From Patescibacteria group bacterium (lineage in GTDB: Bacteria > Patescibacteriota > Gracilibacteria > JAHISY01), in NCBI GenBank assembly GCA_043799575.1, contig JAZDNQ010000010.1, positions 1-37,720 of the forward strand: a stretch of DNA of 37,720 nt, given 5' to 3'. The notes under the pieces are model-generated. The model did not search any database. It was given only the letters and a program-made list of their open reading frames with translations, and was not told where the DNA came from. Made by a program: the position numbers and the translations under genes. This document shows positions 1-8,775 of this stretch, one piece after another; positions within the stretch are counted from its first letter, which is position 1, and each line of letters begins with the position of its first letter.

Positions 1-143
1 TCCCCGATTTCCTCCAGCGCCTCGACGCATTCCGGTTCGTCGGCGAGAATTTCTTCGCAAACTAAAATCGCGTCGTGGTATTTTTCGTTCAATTTCAAAT
101 CATCGGCGCGATCGAGCAGTTCGTCAATTTTGTCATCATCCAT
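1..143 (-). CDS. Tetratricopeptide-repeat protein, N-terminal part (runs off window)
   Basis: Hand translation from ATG 143: MDDDKIDELLDRADDLKLNEKYHDAILVCEEILADEPECVEALEEIG, a TPR-like helix pair with P after helix B; 11 nt downstream of the galU stop. Confidence 0.6.
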   Translation of the reverse strand, partial: MDDDKIDELLDRADDLKLNEKYHDAILVCEEILADEPECVEALEEIG

Positions 144-154
144 TTCGCGCGAGT

Positions 155-982
155 TTAATTGGCCTCAAAAATTTTCGCAATTTCGGGATCTTGCCGAGCC
201 AGGAAAAAATTGGCAGCGAGCCAGCCCGCTTTTTGACCGCAGTCGAATCTTTGACCTGCGAGAATTTCACCAAAAATCGGCTCAGATTTTTGCAAGAGCG
301 CGAGCGCATCGATCAGCCGGATTTCGCCGGATGAATTTGGATGTGTCGCGAGAATGTCGAAAATTTTCTGTGGCACGATGTATTTCCCGACGATCGCGAG
401 ATCACTCGGCGCATTTTCAATCGACGGTTTTTCGACGAATTTTTGAATCGCGGAATTTTCGTCGAGCGCGACAATCCCGAAATGCGAGACTTCATCGCGC
501 GGTACTTTTTGCAGCCCGACGATCGCCGAATTTTTGGATTCGAACGCCGCGACGAGTTGCCGCGTCGGCTCGCCCAAAATCAGCTCGTCACCAAAAACGA
601 CGAGAAAATTTTCGTCCGAAATCTTCTCCCGCGCCTGCAAAATCGCGTGCCCGTCACCGTGCATTTCGCGCTGCTCGACGAATTCGAACTCGGCGAGTCG
701 GGAAATTTTTTGCACTTCGGCGAGCAATTTTTGATCGCCTTTTTCCGCCAATTTTTTTTCGAGTGCGACGCTCAGAGAAAAGTGATTTTGAATCGCTTCC
801 TTGCCGGCACTAATAACAAAGACGATTTTTTCGATCCCAGCCGAAACGATTTCCTCGACGAGAATTTGCAAAAGCGGACGATCGCCGATCGGAAAAAGTT
901 CCTTTGGGACCGCTTTCGACGCGGGCAGGAAGCGCGTGCCGAAGCCAGCGACCGGAATGACTGCAGTGCGAATTTTTGACAT
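155..982 (-). CDS. galU: UTP-glucose-1-phosphate uridylyltransferase
   Basis: AVIPVAGFGTRFLPASKAVPKEL N-terminal signature; FVEKP, AIVGKY and RFDCG motifs. Confidence 0.92.
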   Translation of the reverse strand: MSKIRTAVIPVAGFGTRFLPASKAVPKELFPIGDRPLLQILVEEIVSAGIEKIVFVISAGKEAIQNHFSLSVALEKKLAEKGDQKLLAEVQKISRLAEFEFVEQREMHGDGHAILQAREKISDENFLVVFGDELILGEPTRQLVAAFESKNSAIVGLQKVPRDEVSHFGIVALDENSAIQKFVEKPSIENAPSDLAIVGKYIVPQKIFDILATHPNSSGEIRLIDALALLQKSEPIFGEILAGQRFDCGQKAGWLAANFFLARQDPEIAKIFEAN

Positions 983-989
983 CTCGGGA

Positions 990-998
990 ATTTTAGCA
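990..998 (-). promoter_or_regulatory. Extended -10 promoter, probably leaderless galU mRNA
   Basis: TGCTAAAAT followed by 7 nt then ATG. Confidence 0.6.
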
Positions 999-1091
999 GA
1001 GCAAAAAACGAGTAAAAAAATGTTTCAAGACTTATTTGACAAAAACACTTTTTTTGTTGAAAATAAACAAGATTTAGCTTTCAAAAGTCAT

Positions 1092-1120
1092 TTGACGATT
1101 CTTGCAAGCAACTCTAATAT
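1092..1120 (+). promoter_or_regulatory. Sigma70-type promoter
   Basis: TTGACG-17 nt-TAATAT, 30 nt before ATG 1151. Confidence 0.55.
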
Positions 1121-1150
1121 CTCTTTCGTTCGAAATTTAATTTATCAAAC

Positions 1151-2254
1151 ATGAATGCTGCCAGTCCTTCCCTCGACCTTTCTGAGGTTCTAGAAGAGTT
1201 TTTTATGGTCCTGTCGAAAAAGGAACAGGAGGTCGTCAAAAGAAGGTTCGCGCTGATCGGCAGCGAGCGCCAAACACTCGAGAAAATCGGCCAGCATTTC
1301 GATGTCACGCGCGAGCGCATTCGCCAAATCGAGTCAATCGCACTGCAAAAACTGCGCCGTACGATTGGCAACACGAAACTCCAACAAATTAATGAAATCG
1401 CGAAAAGTGTTTTGGAAAAGAGTGGGGGAGTCTGCCTCGAGAAAAAATTGATCTCCGAAGTTTTGAATTTGATTCACTCGGTCAGCGAGATTGATGGCAA
1501 TATCATTCGTCTGTCGCTCGCGGTCGACGAATCGGTCGAAAACGAGCGCACAAGTAATCTCAAACCGTTTTGGCATTTCAAAAAAATCGCACTAAATGAT
1601 GTTATCTCGATCGCAGATAAATCCGTCAGCGTCCTGACTAAACAAAAAGATTTGGTCGACGAGGAACGTTTCGTAAACATGGTACGCGCTGCGCTCGCAA
1701 ATACTGGTAAAAACTTCAAGGCAGAAATGATCGCTTCGGTTTTCGCGCTTGAGCCGAGACTAAAGAAAACGGAAAACGGCTGGGGCTTGATGAGCTGGAG
1801 ACATATCAATCCGAGAAGCTTGAGAGACAAAGCGCTCATCGTGATGCGCGAAATTGAAAAACCGATCCATTTCGTCGAGATCGCGAACAAAATCGCCGAG
1901 CACGGATTCGACAAAAAAGTCGTCACTGTGCAGGCTGTGCACAACGAGTTGATTCGCGACGACAACTTCGTTTTGATTGGTCGTGGCCTTTATGCACTCC
2001 GTGAATGGGGTTATTCTGAGGGTACCGTCGCGGACATTATCGAGGATTTGCTGGCGAAAAAGTCCCCGCTTTCGAAGGAAGAAATCATCCGCGGAGTTTT
2101 GAAACAGAGACAAGTGAAAAAAGGCACGATTTCTTTGAATCTCCAGAAAACGCCGTGGTTCGCTCGTGTCGGTCGCGCACTTTACAAGCTCGACCTCACA
2201 AAAAAGAAAGGCGCGGACGCAAATCGCAAACGCCGCGGCGGTCGCAAAGTCTGA
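1151..2254 (+). CDS. Sigma70 region-4 HTH plus C-terminal winged-helix (HARE-HTH/RNAP-delta-like) protein typical of CPR
   Basis: TLEKIGQHFDVTRERIRQIE region-4 HTH with no sigma region 2; C-terminal VHNELIRDDNFVLIGRGLYALREWG and a second wHTH. Confidence 0.8.
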   Translation: MNAASPSLDLSEVLEEFFMVLSKKEQEVVKRRFALIGSERQTLEKIGQHFDVTRERIRQIESIALQKLRRTIGNTKLQQINEIAKSVLEKSGGVCLEKKLISEVLNLIHSVSEIDGNIIRLSLAVDESVENERTSNLKPFWHFKKIALNDVISIADKSVSVLTKQKDLVDEERFVNMVRAALANTGKNFKAEMIASVFALEPRLKKTENGWGLMSWRHINPRSLRDKALIVMREIEKPIHFVEIANKIAEHGFDKKVVTVQAVHNELIRDDNFVLIGRGLYALREWGYSEGTVADIIEDLLAKKSPLSKEEIIRGVLKQRQVKKGTISLNLQKTPWFARVGRALYKLDLTKKKGADANRKRRGGRKV

Positions 2255-2274
2255 TTTTTACTGAAATTTAGGAG

Positions 2275-2303
2275 GCCGAAAATTGCTTTTTCGGCTTTTT
2301 TTT
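2275..2303 (+). terminator. Intrinsic terminator
   Basis: GCCGAAAA-ttgct-TTTTCGGC followed by T8, just after the stop at 2254. Confidence 0.75.
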
Positions 2304-2311
2304 GGTAAAAT
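2283..2311 (+). promoter_or_regulatory. Sigma70 promoter of the pilin locus, overlapping the terminator
   Basis: TTGCTT-17 nt-TAAAAT with extended TG. Confidence 0.6.
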
Positions 2312-2334
2312 TACGAGATTTAAAAACTAAAAAT

Positions 2335-3717
2335 TTGGGGAAAATTAAAACCAAAATCAGCGAATTTTTCGGACGACATCTGCACAGTTTCCAGGAGATG
2401 CTTTTTGCCCTGACCTTGGTTTTTGTGATCGGTGGTTTTGTTTTTGCGAATCTCGGACAAGGCGGGGAGCAGCTGAAAGCTTTTTTGCGTTTCGACAATC
2501 AGCCGAGCGCAGAGCTGCTCGCGGCCGACGCGACTTTGACTTTGCCGACCAGCAACAACGCACCGACAAGCGTAGTTAAATTTTCGCCCGGCGACATTTC
2601 GCAGTGGGGATCGAACGACGCACTGGTCCAAAATCTTTTCAAAAAAACTCTGATTTTCAAACTTTTGACAGTCGCGAAATATATTTTGGGCGGGATTTTC
2701 ATGCTATTTCTCGGACTTTATGTGATTAATTTTTTGATGTCCGGCGACAAACCCGAAGCGCTGAAAAAATTCAGCGATCAAATGCTGTGGTCATTTGTCG
2801 GCTTTTTGATTCTCGCGCTCGCCGAACCGTTTTCGCAGGCATTCAGTTTGCTGCGCACCGGGCAGGTCAATCTTTTGACTAATCCAGCTGCAGCACTCGC
2901 CTCGGCGCAAATCGTCGGCTTCACTTATCGCTCGGCCGCGCATTTGATTGAATACATCGTCGGCGGTGTCGCGCTGCTCACGATGGCCGGTTCGATTTTC
3001 GAAATGGTGACTTCGGTCGGCGACGAGGAAGGCGTGAAAAATGCGCGTAAGTCGATGACCTGGAGCGCGGTTGCCTTGATTGTGGTTGGCGGCGCAGCTC
3101 TTTTCATTGATAATGTTTTTGCGCCAAGCGATGCGATCAGCAAAGAGCTTCAGGGTGGACTTGACCCAGCGATTCAATTAATGGATATTTTGCAGACCGG
3201 GCAATCGCGCGCACGGATTTTGATTTTGGATTATGTTAAATATTTTCAAACTTTTATTGGCGCAGCTTCTGTCCTGATGCTTTTTTTGGCTGGCTTCAAA
3301 ATGGTCTCGGCTGGAGGCGAGGAGGAGGTCATCAAAAAACAAAAGAAAATGATTACCTGGATTTTTATGGGTCTTTCTGTGATTTTAATTTCGGAAGCTT
3401 TTGTGAATATTTTTATGCCGGATGTCGGCGGCCAAATTAAATTCAGCGCAGCGACTGCGATCCGCAGTTTCTCGGCGCAGGTCGGTGGCTTCACAAATTT
3501 CCTTTTAACCTTTTCGGCAGCAATCGCCGTGCTCGCTTTGATCGTCGGCGCACTTTATATTTCGACCGCTTTCACGAATGCTGAACAAGCACAAAAAGGT
3601 AAAAAGATCTTGTTGGCTGCAGGTCTAGGCTTAGTCGTAATTATTTCGGCTTATGCCTTAGTCAATACTGTCCTCTCAAGCGGCGCGAGCGGCGCGAGTA
3701 TTTCTATTTCAAATTAA
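2335..3717 (+). CDS. Membrane protein with four tandem VirB2/TrbC-like (T4SS pilin-like) domains
   Basis: N-terminal TM then four hydrophobic hairpins joined by acidic-basic loops (SGDKPEALKKFSDQMLW, VGDEEGVKNARKSMTW, AGGEEEVIKKQKKMITW, TNAEQAQKGKKILL); start moved to TTG 2335 because 2302 lies inside the promoter (ATG 2398 is an alternative). Confidence 0.75.
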   Translation: MGKIKTKISEFFGRHLHSFQEMLFALTLVFVIGGFVFANLGQGGEQLKAFLRFDNQPSAELLAADATLTLPTSNNAPTSVVKFSPGDISQWGSNDALVQNLFKKTLIFKLLTVAKYILGGIFMLFLGLYVINFLMSGDKPEALKKFSDQMLWSFVGFLILALAEPFSQAFSLLRTGQVNLLTNPAAALASAQIVGFTYRSAAHLIEYIVGGVALLTMAGSIFEMVTSVGDEEGVKNARKSMTWSAVALIVVGGAALFIDNVFAPSDAISKELQGGLDPAIQLMDILQTGQSRARILILDYVKYFQTFIGAASVLMLFLAGFKMVSAGGEEEVIKKQKKMITWIFMGLSVILISEAFVNIFMPDVGGQIKFSAATAIRSFSAQVGGFTNFLLTFSAAIAVLALIVGALYISTAFTNAEQAQKGKKILLAAGLGLVVIISAYALVNTVLSSGASGASISISN

Positions 3718-3718
3718 A

Positions 3719-5191
3719 ATGCCAAAAAAACAAAACAAAACGCTTTTCACAATTCGCAAAATTCGCAATGCTAATCCGCGTTTCCCGCGAATTTATCGTT
3801 CGGTTCGCGAAAGAATTTGGCGCTTTGCGGTCATCCTTTTGCTGATTTCGGCTGGAGTCGCGAGTCTTTTCTTTTTCGAAAATAGTCTCGTTGTGAAAAA
3901 ATTTGAGTCAAATTTAATCGCGGCGGACACGAGCCAGATTCTCGGCAGCGGGTTTCAAACGATCGGCGGATTTACTGGAATTGCCACCAATCCCGGCTCG
4001 GACAAAAAAACTGGTGGCTTCACAGCCAGCGGGATTAAGACAATCAACGCACTGATCTACAACGTCAAAGATTATTTCAAATACATCGCAGGCGGAGTAG
4101 CCGTGCTTTACCTGATTATCGCCGCATTTCAAATCATCATGGCGCGCGACAACGAAGGTATCACCAAAGGCAAAAAGAACTTATTTTGGAGCGTCTTCGC
4201 ACTGGTTTTAGTTTTTGTGGTCGACATCATGGTAATTGCCTTTTACGAAGGCGGCGGAAGCGCGCCCGGCCAAAGTATTTTCGTGGTCAATCCGAACGGG
4301 ACGACTGTCGAAAATCTGACTTTGCTACAGAATATTTCGCTGTATTTCAAAATCAACGCCAAAACAATTTTTAGCTACATCAAAACTTTGGTCGGCGCAT
4401 TTTCAATTTTATTTATCGTTTTCGCTGGCGTACAAATGGTGACGGCAGGCGGGTCGGACGAGAAAATCGAAAAAGAGAAAAAATATTTGATGCACCTCGT
4501 GACTGCTTTTGTCACGATTTTGCTGCTTGATGTAATAATTTTCGGCGTGATTTATCCCGAGGCGATCGATGGCAGCAGCAATCCGGAATGCGCGGAATTT
4601 ATGACTGCGGTCGCAAAAGGCGGTAGTCTCATGGCCGCGCCAGCAGGTTGTCGCTCGGCAGCCGAACTCGGTTTGATCGCCTCAAATCAAATCTTTGGCG
4701 TTGTCCGCTTTTTCGAAACTTTGATCGGCGGCATCGCCATCTTTTTTATGGTTTATTCGGCAGTCGCGATCATCGCGTCGATGGGCGAGGACGACATCGT
4801 GAAGAAGCATCGCACAACTCTGATGTGGAGTCTTGCCGGACTCGTTTTAGTCCTGGTCGCGAATACTCTTATTACGCGATTTTTCTTCATCGTCGACCCG
4901 ACTACCGGAACATCCAGCGTCTCTACAATGACCGGCATTCAGATAATTGCGGGTGTGACAAACTTCATTGCGACTTTTGTCGGTATTTTGTCAGTCATTG
5001 CGATCATCGTAGCTGGCTTCATGTGGGTCGCAAATTTCGGCAGCGACGACGTAGCAGGCAAAGCTAAAAAGGTGATTTTGAGTGCGGTCATCGGCGTGAT
5101 TCTCTCGGTTTCGGCATATGCAATCGTAAACACCATCACAAATGCGAACTCGCATGGTGGAACAGGAACCAATATCGGAGTATCACTTTAA
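3719..5191 (+). CDS. Membrane protein with four tandem VirB2/TrbC-like pilin domains
   Basis: Loops RDNEGITKGKKNLFW, AGGSDEKIEKEKKYL, MGEDDIVKKHRTTLMW, FGSDDVAGKAKKVIL, each between two hydrophobic helices; basic N-terminal leader. Confidence 0.78.
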   Translation: MPKKQNKTLFTIRKIRNANPRFPRIYRSVRERIWRFAVILLLISAGVASLFFFENSLVVKKFESNLIAADTSQILGSGFQTIGGFTGIATNPGSDKKTGGFTASGIKTINALIYNVKDYFKYIAGGVAVLYLIIAAFQIIMARDNEGITKGKKNLFWSVFALVLVFVVDIMVIAFYEGGGSAPGQSIFVVNPNGTTVENLTLLQNISLYFKINAKTIFSYIKTLVGAFSILFIVFAGVQMVTAGGSDEKIEKEKKYLMHLVTAFVTILLLDVIIFGVIYPEAIDGSSNPECAEFMTAVAKGGSLMAAPAGCRSAAELGLIASNQIFGVVRFFETLIGGIAIFFMVYSAVAIIASMGEDDIVKKHRTTLMWSLAGLVLVLVANTLITRFFFIVDPTTGTSSVSTMTGIQIIAGVTNFIATFVGILSVIAIIVAGFMWVANFGSDDVAGKAKKVILSAVIGVILSVSAYAIVNTITNANSHGGTGTNIGVSL

Positions 5192-5212
5192 TATTTCGTC
5201 AAGGTAGCTTGT

Positions 5213-5241
5213 TTGATTGGTAAGCACAGAAATGCTAAAAT
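5213..5241 (+). promoter_or_regulatory. Near-consensus sigma70 promoter
   Basis: TTGATT-17 nt-TAAAAT with extended TG (TGCTAAAAT). Confidence 0.7.
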
Positions 5242-5289
5242 GGCCGGATTTAAAAACAAAAATTTAAATCAAAAATTAACCCCCATAAA

Positions 5290-5424
5290 ATGGCCAAAAC
5301 CAAAACGGTTCGCGCGACTGCAAAACGCGCACACTTCTCGGTTCGCGCGATCCGCAACGCGAATCCGCGCCAATTCCGCGCACACCGCGCGGGCAGCGTG
5401 CTCGCTCGCATCTTCTCGTTTTAA
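5290..5424 (+). CDS. 44-aa basic microprotein (not in ORF track)
   Basis: MAKTKTVRATAKRAHFSVRAIRNANPRQFRAHRAGSVLARIFSF*; A-rich leader before ATG, own promoter, shares a 12-aa motif with the neighbouring genes. Confidence 0.7.
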   Translation: MAKTKTVRATAKRAHFSVRAIRNANPRQFRAHRAGSVLARIFSF

Positions 5425-5457
5425 TTTTTAAAACGGGAGGACGGCTAATCAAGTCGT

Positions 5458-6795
5458 ATGCCTCCAAAAATCAAAAATAAAACTCGACGCTCGCGTCCGG
5501 CGGTGCGGTTCACCGTCCGCCGGATTGCCAATCGAAATCCGCGCAACGCCCGGAATTTTCGGCAGTTTCGCCAAAAATTGACCCGGCTGACGATGGGTTT
5601 GATCGCACTCGGCCTGATCGCGGGCAGTCTTTTTTTGCACGGCGGGCAGCTAAAAAGTGATGTCGTCGCTACGACTCAGCCTGACCAAGCTGAAACAACT
5701 GTGGTCGCTGCAGACACGACAGCTTCGACAGCTACGGCTGTCGCAAACACCAGCGCAACAACCGCACAAAATTCGGCTAGCATGAACGACAAAGTTTGCG
5801 CGGCCGATGATTTGATTAAAAATTTCGAAGATTTGACCACCCAGCTCGCGAATTTGTCGCGCGAGTTTCCAGATGTCATCGCAAATCTAGACTTTTGCGG
5901 GACAGGCAAATGCGCCGCGCAAGATTTGGTTTACAAAAATGAAAACAAAATTTGGCAAATCGAAAAAGATTTGACCAAGCTCGAGACGGACACCACTCGC
6001 GCTCAGACTGATTTCGCGACCAGTTTGGCGGAAAAAGAAAATGGAGTGTTCCTTTGCGAAAACGAGTCGCGCTGCACCGCAGCTGAGGCTGCGCTCGGCA
6101 AAGCTCGTGAATGCGAAAAAACATTTCAAAAGCTGAACCAACTTTTCACTATTCGTACGGACGTACAGGACAAATATTCGCTCGTGACCGCGAAAGGCAC
6201 GCGCGAATCGGCTGCAGTTTATGTGAAAAAATTGATGGAAGATATTTTCAAAAATCGCGATCGCGTCACCGAAAACACGAAATTTTACGAGCAATGCGTT
6301 GCCGCAAGCGATGCGAGCGTTTGCCAGAAATACGTGCAAAAAGTGAAAGAGGCGAACACGAATATCGCAAAATCAATTGAAGAGCTCGGCGGTCTGCAAG
6401 TCGACCTACAGGACAATCTAGACAAGGTCGAGGCTGACATAGTCGCGCTCGAAATCGGTCGTGGCGATGCACAAAATACGAAAGAAAACGAAGGTCTCGG
6501 CTGGTGCGACCAAAATTTGAAAAATACGAAAGCGGATCTTTTTACCAAGCTGACTGCCGCAGCGGGCGCGAAAACGACTTACGACAACGCGCTACAGCAC
6601 TTGGTCGACCTCAAAATTACTCTGAAGGCAAGCCTCCAATCCGAAACGGAAGAGGCGGCAATGCACGCGGCAGCGGAAAAACAAGCTGCCGAGGAAGCGG
6701 AGGCAATCGCGGCAGCGGAGAAAGCAGCCGCGGCAAAACGCGCACAAGCCGAAATGGTTTTCGGATTTTGGACAATAATCCGCAATGGATTTTAA
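5458..6795 (+). CDS. Membrane-anchored or exported helical/coiled-coil protein with paired cysteines, function unknown
   Basis: Basic leader plus TM, Thr/Ala linker, heptad-rich body with CGTGKC, CENESRC, CVAASDASVC, Ala/Glu/Lys helix, aromatic C-terminus. Confidence 0.75.
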   Translation: MPPKIKNKTRRSRPAVRFTVRRIANRNPRNARNFRQFRQKLTRLTMGLIALGLIAGSLFLHGGQLKSDVVATTQPDQAETTVVAADTTASTATAVANTSATTAQNSASMNDKVCAADDLIKNFEDLTTQLANLSREFPDVIANLDFCGTGKCAAQDLVYKNENKIWQIEKDLTKLETDTTRAQTDFATSLAEKENGVFLCENESRCTAAEAALGKARECEKTFQKLNQLFTIRTDVQDKYSLVTAKGTRESAAVYVKKLMEDIFKNRDRVTENTKFYEQCVAASDASVCQKYVQKVKEANTNIAKSIEELGGLQVDLQDNLDKVEADIVALEIGRGDAQNTKENEGLGWCDQNLKNTKADLFTKLTAAAGAKTTYDNALQHLVDLKITLKASLQSETEEAAMHAAAEKQAAEEAEAIAAAEKAAAAKRAQAEMVFGFWTIIRNGF

Positions 6796-6798
6796 AAA

Positions 6799-8775
6799 AT
6801 GAAATTTCTCCAAGAACTTCACGCCAACAAAAAATTGCAATTCGCACTTGTGATCGCGGTCGCAGTTGCGCTGATTTTCGGTGGCTCCCAAGTGCGCGGT
6901 CACGAATTGGGGAGCGACGTCACGCTTTCGACAGGTGCGCTCGTCGCGGTGCAAGCCGAGGCGGACAAAGTCAAAGCCGCGCGTGATGAATATTTCGCCG
7001 CAATCGGGAAAGGCGACGGTGGCATATACGATCAATATATCGAAGCCGCGAACTGCCCAGTGAATTTGAACACGCGACTGACCGCGCTCAAAAATTTGCG
7101 TAACGATTTGCAGCGTCTTTCCGGCGAAATCGTGATGCGCGAACGCGAAAACGGCTCGGAATTGCCGCGCGGGACAATCGAGCGTGAATTGAATGTGATT
7201 GAGTCGACGATCCGTCCGAATTTACTTTTGAATCAACTCGAGACATTCCAAAGTGAGCTCGACAAAATCGAGACCGCGGCCGCGGGCGATCCGAGCAGTT
7301 CGGCGCAGGCAGTCACCGCCAGCGTCGCGACGGTTCGCGACAATTTGGAAAAAATCGGTACGGCTGATTCGCTCGTCGAGCCACTGAAAACAATTGAAAG
7401 TAAATTACCGTATTTGTCGGAAGTAACGAAAGAAATCACTTCGACAAGCTTGAGCAACTTGAATTCAATTATTGCGAATAGCAATGCCAGTGCGGCAATT
7501 CGCCCGACTTTGGCAACGATTCGCCAATTGGCCAATAATAATGATCAGAGTGATTTGATTGAACCCGAGCTGCAAAAAATTGAAAATACCCTGCCTAACT
7601 TTGCGGCTGACCAACAGACTACTATTCAAAGTAGTATCGATACAATCCGCAAATTATTGAGTCGCAAAACTGCGGTCGAGGTACGACAAGCCGAGATTTC
7701 GAGTGTCAAAAATGAAATGCAGCAAATCGCCGACGCGGTTTTCAGTCAAACGGAAATCACTCAGTTTGAAAATCAAGAGGTTGGTTTGCGCAACGAATTT
7801 CAAACAACGACCGCAGCCTTGCAAAATTGTACAGCAAACAATGATGAACTCGAGCGCTGCGCGGTTGAATTGCAGGATTGGGTGCTTGCGAAAGAAAATT
7901 ACGAGCAATTTATCACCAACCTCGAAAACACCGCTTCGGCTCGCACGATTCAGGCGCAAAATAAACTCAAACCTCTGCAGGAAAAATTGAATGACCTGCA
8001 GTCTGAGGAAAATGATCAAAATTTCAGTCCGGAATTGGGCAGTGCGTCATTGCTCGGCATCGAAGCACGATATTTGAAAGCAGATGAGGTTGATTTGAGT
8101 GGTATGGATATGAGCGCTTTTGACAACTGGGATGAGGGTGTACGTACAGCCGGAGGAGGATCGGTCGATGCCAGCTCCGTCAGTAGCGGCGACTCTAGTT
8201 GGTCGTTTTCCGGAGCGATGAGCTCGCTCGCGAGTGGCGCTGCTAGTGTCGGCTCAGCAGTCGGCTCGGTACTTGGCGGAGTCGTCTCTGCTCCGCTCGC
8301 TGCAGTCAGCGGACTGATTGGCGGAGCAAGTAATGTTTTGTCGAGCGGAATCAGTGCAGTCGCGCGCGCGACCGGAATTGCCGGTATCGGCAGTCTGACT
8401 TCATCCGCAGTCGTCTTCGACGGACCTGGTGCACTCACCGGACTACAAACATTCAAACAAAGCTACAAAGGCAATTCTTATGGCAGCGCGATCGGCGTCA
8501 TCACTGGCTGGACGAATTTCGCTTTACCTTTCGTAGGCGTCATCGCGATCGCCGTACTCGTTTACGCTGGCTTCCTGTATCTCACCGCCGCAGGCAGCGA
8601 AGACCAAACCAAAAAAGCCAAAAATATTCTTATCTGGGTTGCGATCGGTATCATTATTATTTTCTCGGCCTACGCGATCGTCAATACTTTGCTCTCAACC
8701 AATAGCAGCAGCGGTGGCAGCGGCACAAGCGTCGGTGTGAATATTGGAGGAATTGGTTTTAATTACAGCAACTAA
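6799..8775 (+). CDS. Large helical protein with Gly/Ser/Ala-rich segment and C-terminal VirB2/TrbC-like pilin domain
   Basis: C-terminal WTNFALPFVGVIAIAVLVYAGFLYLTAAGSEDQTKKAKNILIWVAIG is a typical CPR pilin-like hairpin. Confidence 0.78.
   Translation: MKFLQELHANKKLQFALVIAVAVALIFGGSQVRGHELGSDVTLSTGALVAVQAEADKVKAARDEYFAAIGKGDGGIYDQYIEAANCPVNLNTRLTALKNLRNDLQRLSGEIVMRERENGSELPRGTIERELNVIESTIRPNLLLNQLETFQSELDKIETAAAGDPSSSAQAVTASVATVRDNLEKIGTADSLVEPLKTIESKLPYLSEVTKEITSTSLSNLNSIIANSNASAAIRPTLATIRQLANNNDQSDLIEPELQKIENTLPNFAADQQTTIQSSIDTIRKLLSRKTAVEVRQAEISSVKNEMQQIADAVFSQTEITQFENQEVGLRNEFQTTTAALQNCTANNDELERCAVELQDWVLAKENYEQFITNLENTASARTIQAQNKLKPLQEKLNDLQSEENDQNFSPELGSASLLGIEARYLKADEVDLSGMDMSAFDNWDEGVRTAGGGSVDASSVSSGDSSWSFSGAMSSLASGAASVGSAVGSVLGGVVSAPLAAVSGLIGGASNVLSSGISAVARATGIAGIGSLTSSAVVFDGPGALTGLQTFKQSYKGNSYGSAIGVITGWTNFALPFVGVIAIAVLVYAGFLYLTAAGSEDQTKKAKNILIWVAIGIIIIFSAYAIVNTLLSTNSSSGGSGTSVGVNIGGIGFNYSN

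Noticed and set aside
5380-5424. RAG in the microprotein as a SecM-like arrest motif
   Set aside because: Lacks the Pro of RAGP/RAPP and is not terminal; insufficient support
5213-5431. 72-aa ORF from the track
   Set aside because: Its TTG start is the -35 box of a promoter; the overlapping frame 5290-5424 has an ATG and the shared motif
8200-8406. Resemblance to viral fusion-protein membrane-proximal regions or tape-measure repeats
   Set aside because: Similarity is compositional only; no homology can be claimed without a search
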